Position numbers and translations under genes: made by a program. This document shows, piece after piece, positions 24,453 through 31,293 of a stretch of 39,123 bases of DNA. A model generated the notes under the pieces. The model saw nothing but the letters and a program-made list of their open reading frames with translations, was not told the DNA's origin and did no database searches. Position 1 is the first letter of the stretch. Every line of letters begins with the position of its first letter. Origin of the DNA: a virus; the IMG/VR virus record IMGVR_UViG_3300034069_001319, positions 1-39,123 of that record. One strand, given 5' to 3'.

Positions 24453-25061
24453 TTAAAAATTATAAACAAAACCTGCTTGCACACCCAGATGCTGGCGCGC
24501 TTTGATAGCTCCTAGTTTGTGCTTAATCGCAGGAGTATAGGTGGCGCTGATGCGAGCACTGAGCGGACTTGTGGCATTAAATTGCAAGCCAACTAAAGCA
24601 CTGGGGGCAAGCTTGGCATTATTGATGCTGGGCTGACCATTAAGCTTTTGCTTGAGCTTCAAGTGCGAGACACCAAGGCCCAGGAGCACATTACAATCGC
24701 CTTGTATGGGTGAGCTAAAGACGGCTCTCAAGTCAATTTTGTGAGTCAAGATGGGGGGTAGTTTGTAAACATTTGTAATTTGGACCTTACCCAGGGCTTG
24801 CGTGCTTGTCACATCTTTAAGTTTGTGCTTATGAGCGCTTAGAGGGATGGTGGCTTCAATGGCCCAGTCAGGGTGAACACGTGCGCCTAAGATGACCTGA
24901 GGCTTGATGCGGCTGTGTCCTTTAGTCTTCTCAGTATGTAGTTTAGCAACCGAGCCCTCGATACCTAGGTAGGGACCAATCTCGTAAGAGCCTGAAGGGC
25001 AGTAGGGGGCGGCATAGGCGCTTGTGCTAAGCAAAGCTAGAAGGGTCAATGCTTTTTTCAT
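24453..25061 (-). CDS. Secreted small beta-barrel outer-membrane protein (OmpX/Ail/Lom-like class)
   Basis: Signal peptide MKKALTLLALLSTSAYA|AP. Alternating amphipathic strands. The terminal strand is GVQAGFVYNF, ending in Phe. The start is ATG 25061, or 25070. Confidence 0.7.
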   Translation of the reverse strand: MKKALTLLALLSTSAYAAPYCPSGSYEIGPYLGIEGSVAKLHTEKTKGHSRIKPQVILGARVHPDWAIEATIPLSAHKHKLKDVTSTQALGKVQITNVYKLPPILTHKIDLRAVFSSPIQGDCNVLLGLGVSHLKLKQKLNGQPSINNAKLAPSALVGLQFNATSPLSARISATYTPAIKHKLGAIKARQHLGVQAGFVYNF

Positions 25062-25215
25062 GGGGTCCATCCAACAATTGATTTGGCTTGAGCTTAGCGC
25101 AGAATGCGAATTGATACCAGTTCCACACATTAAGTGATCACAAATGCCCTTTTTTCACAAAAACATGCAAGCACTGCAATGATTGTTCTTGCATTTATAT
25201 CCGATAAACGCAATA

Positions 25216-26226
25216 ATGCAAGCACAGTCAACAGAAAAGGTAGTGATCTTGGATACAAAGAATAAACGCCCAGGTGGTCTAGCACGTGCCAAAGCTTTGT
25301 CACCAAAAAGACGGCAAGAAATAGCCAAACAAGCGGCGCAGGCTAAATCGGACATAGCACGCAATGAGGCAACCGCTTTAGGTAATTTACGCATAGCTGA
25401 TAAAACAATCTCGTGTGTAGTCACACAAAACGGAACACGTTTAATCCGCGCCGCTAACATCTTCGAAACCTTTGGTCGCACACCCAGAGGATACAAAAAA
25501 CTGAATCGAACAATAATCAGACCGCCATTTATGGATGCTATCAATCTAGAACCATACATCAGCGCTAATTTGGAAGAACTTCTAAAGCCTGAGAAATTTA
25601 AAGACGTCAATGGTAAAAGCGCCATGGGTTATAAAGCCGAAGTTTTGCCTGAAATCTGTTTAACCTATTTGAAAGCTGAACGCGCTAAAGCATTAGCGCC
25701 AAGTCAAAAAAGAATGGCCGAACTTTCACATATTATTATTGCCGCCTTATCAACCGTTGGTATCATTGCTTTAGTTGATGAAGCCACAGGTTATCAAAAA
25801 GACCGGGCTAAAGACGCTTTAGCTAAAATTCTGGAAGCTTTCATAGATAAAGAATTACGCGATTGGGTAAAAACATTTCCGACCAGTTTTTATGAGGAAC
25901 TGTTTCGACTAAATGGCATGGAATTAACAGATGAAGCACTGCATAAAAAACCTATAAAATTCGCAAATATGACCAACAATATTGTTTATCAAAGATTAGC
26001 GCCAGGATTATTAGATGAGCTAAAACGCGTCTCTGCACGTAACGAAAAGGGTAATTTAAAACATCGCTATCATCAAAGATTAAGTAGTGAAACTGGATAC
26101 GTGAAATTGAAAGAACATTTAGCAAGCGTCATTTCAATCATGAAACTATCAGATGATTATCAAGATTTTAAAACTAAGCTAGAAAGATTGCACCCAAAAT
26201 GCCAAATAGAAACAAATGAAAATTAA
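25216..26226 (+). CDS. P63C-domain protein
   Basis: GIIALVDEATGYQKDRAKDALAKILEAFIDKELRDWVKTFPTSFYEELFRLNG...NIVYQRLAPGLLDELKR...HRYHQRLS matches the P63C domain pattern as I recall it. The N-terminus GGLARAKALSPKRRQEIAKQAA also fits. The start is ATG 25216, or TTG 25183. Confidence 0.75.
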   Translation: MQAQSTEKVVILDTKNKRPGGLARAKALSPKRRQEIAKQAAQAKSDIARNEATALGNLRIADKTISCVVTQNGTRLIRAANIFETFGRTPRGYKKLNRTIIRPPFMDAINLEPYISANLEELLKPEKFKDVNGKSAMGYKAEVLPEICLTYLKAERAKALAPSQKRMAELSHIIIAALSTVGIIALVDEATGYQKDRAKDALAKILEAFIDKELRDWVKTFPTSFYEELFRLNGMELTDEALHKKPIKFANMTNNIVYQRLAPGLLDELKRVSARNEKGNLKHRYHQRLSSETGYVKLKEHLASVISIMKLSDDYQDFKTKLERLHPKCQIETNEN

Positions 26227-26663
26227 ATGTGTGCTGCTTTATCGACCATTTCAGCCATAAAGTCGCTCAACTCATTAAATATCATATTAAGATTGCGAAA
26301 CTGCGACTCCAACCACTCTTTCGGCTGGCTGCCTGCCTTATGGATGAGGGCAAGCCGCCTGAAGTCATCCCGTAAGTTTTCAAGCTCAACCTGCATGTGA
26401 TTTAAGTCAGTCAAGCTATCTCGGCCTAGGGTGTCTTGGTAGGCAGGATTAACCATCTCGGTCACGGTAGCCTGCAAAATGTGCAAATCTTGCGCTCGCA
26501 CGGTACTTAAATCGTTCAGGAAAGCACGAAGCTCAAGCAAGATATTGGTGCGCTGCTTACCCGTGGCGTTATTGAGGCCTGCAAGTCTAATGTTTAGGGC
26601 TTTGGCCTGTTGTGCCTGAGCCAACAAAGTCTTAATTAAAGCCTGTAAGGGGGCGGCATTCAT
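26223..26663 (-). CDS. Hypothetical helical protein (about 146 aa)
   Basis: The ATG at 26663 overlaps the upstream TGA as ATGA. Confidence 0.5.
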   Translation of the reverse strand: MNAAPLQALIKTLLAQAQQAKALNIRLAGLNNATGKQRTNILLELRAFLNDLSTVRAQDLHILQATVTEMVNPAYQDTLGRDSLTDLNHMQVELENLRDDFRRLALIHKAGSQPKEWLESQFRNLNMIFNELSDFMAEMVDKAAHI

Positions 26664-27010
26664 GGACGCCAAACCCGTTTGGTGCTGGGAGGGCTTGGAA
26701 CCTCCGTTTGTTGGCGTCTAAGCCTTGTAAAGCGCATAGGAGCCGCAGGGCTCGACATCTGTGACATGGGCGGCGTTGGAGTGGGCGTGGGCGTCACAGA
26801 GCGCGGACTGCTCGGACTACGGCCGTAATGGTCCTCAGCCGCCCGATAGCCTGAATGAAAAGCCTCGCTTAAAGCACTAAGTATCCGCTGTCTAACCTGC
26901 TCTGACCAAGCCTGACCCTCCCCTTCTAGCAAGTCGTCAAGCGCACTCATGGCTTCATGCAGGGCCTCAATATAGGTATTAGGCTCAGGGCTTGGGCTTT
27001 GTAGTGACAT
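26660..27010 (-). CDS. Hypothetical protein with an S/T-P-rich tail (116 aa)
   Basis: ATG at 27010 with a GAGGAG RBS. The tail reads SPSSPRSVTPTPTPTPPMSQMSSPAAP. Confidence 0.5.
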   Translation of the reverse strand: MSLQSPSPEPNTYIEALHEAMSALDDLLEGEGQAWSEQVRQRILSALSEAFHSGYRAAEDHYGRSPSSPRSVTPTPTPTPPMSQMSSPAAPMRFTRLRRQQTEVPSPPSTKRVWRP

Positions 27011-27395
27011 CAGGTTTCTCCTCAACGGGTGCCTGACCAAGGCTTAAAAGTTTAGAGGCAGCCAAGAAGGCATCCATACTGGGGGCAATATTGCCGCTTT
27101 CAGGAGTTACATCACCCTCGGGTAAGGGGCTTAGCAAATCTTTGGGGCGCACATAAAGCTCACGGCCTTTAAACACAACTTTTGTCAAAGTTTCAGGGCT
27201 TATAGGCTGAGAGCGCGATTGCGGCTCTGGTGTCTGACTTCTGGATGCACTGCGTAGTTGTTGAGCGAGCTCACTTTGTAGCTCGTGCGTTTCGATGTGC
27301 AGCTCATAGGCAAGCAGCCGCTTTTTGGTGACTCGATTGCGGATAATGGGGGTGTCCGCCCTTTTGTGTGTTTGTGGCTTAGTTAGTTTGTCCAT
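26985..27395 (-). CDS. Hypothetical protein with S/T-P motifs (136 aa)
   Basis: ATG at 27395 with a perfect AAGGAGG RBS (MDKLTKPQTHKR...). Confidence 0.55.
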   Translation of the reverse strand: MDKLTKPQTHKRADTPIIRNRVTKKRLLAYELHIETHELQSELAQQLRSASRSQTPEPQSRSQPISPETLTKVVFKGRELYVRPKDLLSPLPEGDVTPESGNIAPSMDAFLAASKLLSLGQAPVEEKPDVTTKPKP

Positions 27396-27468
27396 GACGC
27401 CCTCCTTGGCCTTATGAGGCAGCCTGCTTGATTGTATGCTGAGATTGCAAATACGGCAAAGCATACGT

Positions 27469-27831
27469 TCAGCCAGGAAAGTTCTTGTGCATTCTATGGC
27501 GAATGTAGGCTTTAGCTGTGGCCTGCTCATTGCATTCTATGCGGCAATTAGGAAAAGCTTTGACATGACGAGCCCAAGCTTTAAGCCTACGCCTGAACTT
27601 CGAGACAATCTGTAAGGGGCTTAAGTTAACCAACTGCTTGTGATTTTGACTCAAATCTTCGACATATTGCAAAATTCTTGCGAAGTCATTGGGTGTAAGA
27701 TAAGGGTAAAAAGTCAGGCGACAAGGCTCAGGTGGCCCTTGCATACGACTGAACCGATTATCGATAACGTGGATGTAGCGTTGCGGGTCTTGACCCATAA
27801 TTTCTTCACCATCTAGGTAAATTCTGAACAT
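27469..27831 (-). CDS. Hypothetical protein (120 aa)
   Basis: ATG at 27831 (MFRIYLDGEE...) with an AAGGAAG RBS. The longer track ORF adds an unlikely hydrophobic extension. Confidence 0.5.
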   Translation of the reverse strand: MFRIYLDGEEIMGQDPQRYIHVIDNRFSRMQGPPEPCRLTFYPYLTPNDFARILQYVEDLSQNHKQLVNLSPLQIVSKFRRRLKAWARHVKAFPNCRIECNEQATAKAYIRHRMHKNFPG

Positions 27832-27852
27832 AGCTCTTGCTTCCTTAACTTT

Positions 27853-27865
27853 GCTAGTATATGCT
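27853..27865. promoter_or_regulatory. 13-mer GCTAGTATATGCT, the reverse complement of 34075..34087, in a divergent promoter region
   Basis: Exact 13/13 match read off both regions. It contains -10-like hexamers on both strands (TATACT, TAGTAT). A TATAAT on the minus strand is adjacent at 27868-27873. Confidence 0.5.
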
Positions 27866-27901
27866 ACATTATACAAGTAAACGCTACACAAGGAAACAGC
27901 T

Positions 27902-28516
27902 ATGAGTATAAGAAGCGATGAATTCACCAAATTTGGCTCCACGGAAATTGTGGACCCAGGTTATATCCGTGATGAAGCCTACATAACTCTAAAGGTTCTA
28001 GAGCAAGCTGGGGCCAAACCCATTTTAGATCCATCATACCTTACACGCCTTGAACAGGGCTTGGAGCTGGAGTATGACGGTGAAGATTGCTTTGAAATCT
28101 TTGACCCTATTAAAGATGCCATTGTCTGGCTTTTGCAGCGCAACAAGGGACGCTTGCGGTTCCATGTTTTAAAAGCTAAGTTTGAAAAACAATTTTGCGG
28201 TTTTCAATTGCCTTATGAGGATGACTTTCAATCAGCTATTGAATTGTTGTTTTTTGAAGATCGCAAACTAGAAGGCAATGATGGCTACTTCCATACCTGG
28301 CATGGCTGGATGGAACACTTGCTAGCTGAAGGCCAGACAAGCTATCCGGAAATCATTGAAACCGCCCGTGAGATGGGTGCTACCAAATATGACGCTTTGA
28401 AACATTTGGCTGAGACGCTCAAAGAAAGTCATTGGTGTGCCGAGCATATAGCACAAGCCCTTCGCAAAGCAGGCGCAGGTAGAACGCGCATCGCACAACT
28501 TAGCTGTGTTGCTTAA
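27902..28516 (+). CDS. Hypothetical protein (204 aa), possible HTH-like C-terminus
   Basis: ORF with a GGAAAC RBS-like sequence. The C-terminal helices are SYPEIIETAREMGATKYDALKHL and HIAQALRKAGAGRTRIAQL. Confidence 0.5.
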   Translation: MSIRSDEFTKFGSTEIVDPGYIRDEAYITLKVLEQAGAKPILDPSYLTRLEQGLELEYDGEDCFEIFDPIKDAIVWLLQRNKGRLRFHVLKAKFEKQFCGFQLPYEDDFQSAIELLFFEDRKLEGNDGYFHTWHGWMEHLLAEGQTSYPEIIETAREMGATKYDALKHLAETLKESHWCAEHIAQALRKAGAGRTRIAQLSCVA

Positions 28517-28527
28517 CTTATAGCTTT

Positions 28528-28543
28528 CCCCACAACCGTGGGG
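28528..28543. terminator. Hairpin between convergent genes (possible bidirectional terminator, no U-tract)
   Basis: CCCCAC-aacc-GTGGGG, a 6-bp GC-rich stem. Confidence 0.3.
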
Positions 28544-28566
28544 GTGTTCGCCTTAGTGCTAGAGTG

Positions 28567-29232
28567 TCAATCAGGCAGCGATGCGTAATAGCGTATCTCC
28601 TCACGCTGCATCTGCTTGTCGTACAACGTGTTTTGCTTCCAAATGCTCTCTTTGATGTATTTAAAAATATCAAAATTTGTGTTTTCAGTCTCACCCGCGC
28701 CAAATTGATAATATTTCCACAACTCACGTTTGGTTTTGGGCTCATGCTGTTTCACCCACTCATTAGCAGGCCTTGAGCCGCTTCTTATCCACATCATCAA
28801 CAGGTGCCGCTCGGCTAACTCCGTGTTGCAGGATTTCTGCAAGTCCTCAAGGGTTATCAAAGGCTCGTTTTGCGTCTCAGTTCGATTCTGCCGGCCATGC
28901 TTGGCTAAAAAATGAAACTGATTAGGTCGTGGGTTGTGCTTAAACTCCTCTTGCATACCCGATAAGACCACAAAGAGCGCGCGCACAATTTGCATGAAGG
29001 TCAAGTCCCCAATGGCTTGTGCCCAAAGCTTGGCTTTCAACTCAAACTCACTCTCTGGCCTATCAAAGCATTCATAGTCGCCAAAGTAGACCGCAAGCTT
29101 GATGAGCAGAAAGTGCATAAAAGCTAGTTGGTCAGATTCCTGATAATGGTCTAATTGCAAATTGCGTGCCCGCATGTCATTGAGCGTCGCTTGACTGTAA
29201 ATCTCACTTAGCTTGGAATCAAACTCACTCAT
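28567..29232 (-). CDS. Possible lambda-P-like replication (helicase-loading) protein (221 aa)
   Basis: It lies directly downstream of the initiator gene with an 8-nt overlap. KLWAQAIGDLTFMQIVRALFVV...NPRPNQFHFL resembles the lambda P stretch RRQWVLAF..ITTMEQVNAGMRVA..RPFLPSPGQFVAW as I recall it. Confidence 0.45.
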   Translation of the reverse strand: MSEFDSKLSEIYSQATLNDMRARNLQLDHYQESDQLAFMHFLLIKLAVYFGDYECFDRPESEFELKAKLWAQAIGDLTFMQIVRALFVVLSGMQEEFKHNPRPNQFHFLAKHGRQNRTETQNEPLITLEDLQKSCNTELAERHLLMMWIRSGSRPANEWVKQHEPKTKRELWKYYQFGAGETENTNFDIFKYIKESIWKQNTLYDKQMQREEIRYYASLPD

Positions 29233-30208
29233 GGGACAATTCTTTGTTTCTGTTTACTGGAGGTTTTAGCTCAATAGAGCCAAGAAGCTTCTGAATGCTT
29301 TGCAGGCCTGCCGATTCACGCTGCGCTCGCGAGCAAACTCTTGAGCTTTTCAGCTGCGAAATCTGTGCATCGGTCAGTATCGGGTCTAGGTATCTTTTCT
29401 TCCACAACCAATTCGAGCCGTAAATAGGCATACAAGGCAAGAACTTGTTAAGCCTAGCTACCCTAGCGTGCATGTCTTTTTGTGCCTCTATGGCGCTTAT
29501 CAGGGCCTCTAAGCTATGTGTCTTGAGGCTACGTGCCAAATGTTTACCTACGTTCTCCTCCCCCCCCTGGCTTGGATAGCTTTTGTTAAAGACTTCTGTG
29601 GCTTGTGACAGGCTTATTTCTTTTCCCTGATATGAAAAATTTTTACTACCACCGCGCTCACCCCTTTGGGGGGTAGGGGGGTTAGTTGTTGTTTTTGTTT
29701 TAGTTTTATTGTTGTTATTACTTATTCTTATTAGCGTGCGGTTTTCCGAATGCGGAATAACCGAATGCGGAAAACCGCTTTCCGGTAAAACCTCTTGTGC
29801 CCCTTGAGTTTGCAATAAACGAGGCAATAATGCTTTCATCAAATCTGGTGACTCAAAAACCAGGGTTATCCAAGCGCCAAAACGACCCTTTTGGCCACGG
29901 CTTTGATAACGATAAACATACCCGGCTGCTGACAATTCATTGATACCGCTCCGAGTCGCGCAAATACCATCTCGTGCTCGACTGGAAATTTCTTTCAAGC
30001 AAACATTCCAAGTTTTGACATTGTCTAGCAATACGAGAAGCAAGCCTTTAGCTTTAAAGCTTAGATGCGGACTTCTAACAGGCTCATGATGCAACTTGGC
30101 AAAAGTGTCTCGGTTGTATTTGAAGATGTTGATGCTGTCTTGCCTATCGTCTAATTGATCTACGTATTCGGCAATTTGTTGAAGGGTGTAGTTGTCGTTT
30201 GTTTCCAT
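29225..30208 (-). CDS. Replication initiator (winged-helix N-domain, lambda-O-like organisation, 327 aa)
   Basis: LSFKAKGLLLVLLDNVKTWNVCLKEISSRARDGICATRSGINELSAAGYVYRY...GRFGAWITLVFESP fits the HTH_36/Rep winged-helix pattern. The mid-gene linker holds repeats and an AT-rich tract. Confidence 0.65.
   Translation of the reverse strand: METNDNYTLQQIAEYVDQLDDRQDSINIFKYNRDTFAKLHHEPVRSPHLSFKAKGLLLVLLDNVKTWNVCLKEISSRARDGICATRSGINELSAAGYVYRYQSRGQKGRFGAWITLVFESPDLMKALLPRLLQTQGAQEVLPESGFPHSVIPHSENRTLIRISNNNNKTKTKTTTNPPTPQRGERGGSKNFSYQGKEISLSQATEVFNKSYPSQGGEENVGKHLARSLKTHSLEALISAIEAQKDMHARVARLNKFLPCMPIYGSNWLWKKRYLDPILTDAQISQLKSSRVCSRAQRESAGLQSIQKLLGSIELKPPVNRNKELSHE
29661..29790. promoter_or_regulatory. 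Candidate replication origin inside the initiator gene
   Basis: CCGAATGCGGAA occurs twice (29746-29757 and 29761-29772). An 11-bp inverted repeat GCGGTTTTCCG/CGGAAAACCGC lies at 29738-29748 and 29768-29778. An AT-rich tract of about 55 bp spans 29681-29735. CCCCTTTGGGGGGTAGGGGGG lies at 29661-29681. Confidence 0.5.
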
Positions 30209-30209
30209 G

Positions 30210-30428
30210 TTATTTAACTTCCTTGTTAGTCCTGCAGCTTCTTACTAGTTGCTTTATTTGTTCGACAGCCTCCTCTACAGAAAGCGTAGGGTCGTCATAG
30301 ATTTTGTCGAACCAAGCTTTTGGTACCAAAGTATATTGACTTGGGTCATAATCGATACTTTGTATGGATTCGTGTACAACCGTCACATTGCAGTTATCGT
30401 ATTCATCATCATGTTGTTTCGACATCAT
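30210..30428 (-). CDS. Hypothetical acidic protein (72 aa)
   Basis: ATG at 30428 with a GAAGGAG RBS (MMSKQHDDEYDN...). Confidence 0.5.
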   Translation of the reverse strand: MMSKQHDDEYDNCNVTVVHESIQSIDYDPSQYTLVPKAWFDKIYDDPTLSVEEAVEQIKQLVRSCRTNKEVK

Positions 30429-30491
30429 TACTCCTTCACTTGCAGCCCTGGTTCGCAAATCTTCTGCAGGCCGCAGATTGTAAATCCTAGC

Positions 30492-30510
30492 TAGATAATC
30501 AACTTATCTA
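30492..30510. promoter_or_regulatory. Palindrome TAGATAA-tcaac-TTATCTA upstream of the replication operon
   Basis: 7-bp inverted repeat with a 5-nt spacer, read from the sequence. Confidence 0.35.
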
Positions 30511-30544
30511 ATCCATTTCCTAAATTTCAGACAAAATAAACCCT

Positions 30545-30566
30545 GCCATAGGCTTAAGCCATAGGC
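30545..30566. repeat. Direct repeat GCCATAGGC x2 (13-nt period) around the palindrome GGCTTAAGCC
   Basis: GCCATAGGC lies at 30545-30553 and at 30558-30566. Confidence 0.6.
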
Positions 30567-30594
30567 ATAGATTTTAATTAGTTTTGTAACTTGG

Positions 30595-30625
30595 TTGACA
30601 CGTGATGTGGTTGTGGCTGTAGAAT
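30595..30625 (+). promoter_or_regulatory. Sigma70-like promoter: TTGACA, 19-nt spacer, TAGAAT
   Basis: A perfect -35 at 30595-30600 and TAGAAT at 30620-30625. The spacer is long. Transcription would run antisense to the minus-strand early genes. Confidence 0.4.
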
Positions 30626-30832
30626 GTAGCCATCGAGGGCAGCAGACGTTATTCATGATTTTTCCTATGGGTTATGGATGACTGAGCCATGTAAAGCGCT
30701 AACTTTGCATGACTCGCTGACCTCAAACCATAACAGAATGCTTGAACTCGATCTAGCTAAAATGAAAAAAAACTGAAAAAAGAAAAAACTAACATCTTAA
30801 TAACTGCTCATAACAGACCCCGATTATTGCAA

Positions 30833-30988
30833 TCATTTTTTATCTAATGCTCGCAATACTTTTTCAAATAATATTAATATGTACTTAACAAAGTAAAAGG
30901 CACAAGCAACAGGCCATATAATCTTAAGCGACAATGTAAAGAGCTCAAAGAAAGACGCATTGTTTATCCATATATTAAATGCTTGCAT
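30833..30988 (-). CDS. Small hydrophobic ORF (51 aa)
   Basis: My translation is MQAFNIWINNASFFELFTLSLKIIWPVACAFYFVKYILILFEKVLRALDKK. It starts 3 nt after the upstream stop. Confidence 0.35.
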   Translation of the reverse strand: MQAFNIWINNASFFELFTLSLKIIWPVACAFYFVKYILILFEKVLRALDKK

Positions 30989-30991
30989 TGC

Positions 30992-31234
30992 TTACTCCTG
31001 GCTATTTGTTTTTGTGTTAGGTCCTAAAATATAATAAGGGTCAAAATAGGGAGGTATTTTATCTATAGTGACAAATTGACCTAAACCTAAAATACCTTCA
31101 TGCAATGAAAAAGATACGTCCATTCGATACAAGCCATCTTTTAGATGCAATGTATTATTTGCATGTTTTATGACTTTTCTCAATTGAGCTTTAATCTCAT
31201 CACCATTAATCATAAAACAGGGTCTATTCTGCAT
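30992..31234 (-). CDS. Hypothetical protein (80 aa)
   Basis: ORF only; low GC. Confidence 0.45.
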   Translation of the reverse strand: MQNRPCFMINGDEIKAQLRKVIKHANNTLHLKDGLYRMDVSFSLHEGILGLGQFVTIDKIPPYFDPYYILGPNTKTNSQE

Positions 31235-31293
31235 TAAAAGTCTCCAACAGAAATTTTTGCACTAGTTATTGTCAGCATTCATTTTCCAACATC

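Noticed and set aside
25155-25625. 156-aa minus-strand ORF antisense to the P63C gene. The same applies to other shadow ORFs such as 23995..24372, 19333..19755, 17005..17334, 36501..36968, 7606..7926, 629..835 and 28518..28745.
   Set aside because: Each lies entirely inside or opposite a better-supported gene or tRNA. Each has Cys/Arg/Ser-rich shadow-frame composition and no RBS.
27832-27942. Hydrophobic N-terminal extension of ORF 27469..27942, suggesting a membrane protein
   Set aside because: The extension would run through the divergent promoter gap and overlap the 27902 gene start. The ATG at 27831 has an AAGGAAG RBS.
30678-30776. 32-aa plus-strand ORF downstream of the TTGACA/TAGAAT promoter
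   Set aside because: It has no Shine-Dalgarno sequence, ends in a Lys-rich low-complexity run derived from an A-tract, and is too short to support.
30740-30800. A-rich repeats (AAAAAAAACTGAAAAAAGAAAAAAC) as a CRISPR-like or tandem-repeat array
   Set aside because: This is only low-complexity A-tracts, with no repeat-spacer periodicity. No array-like structure exists elsewhere in the window.
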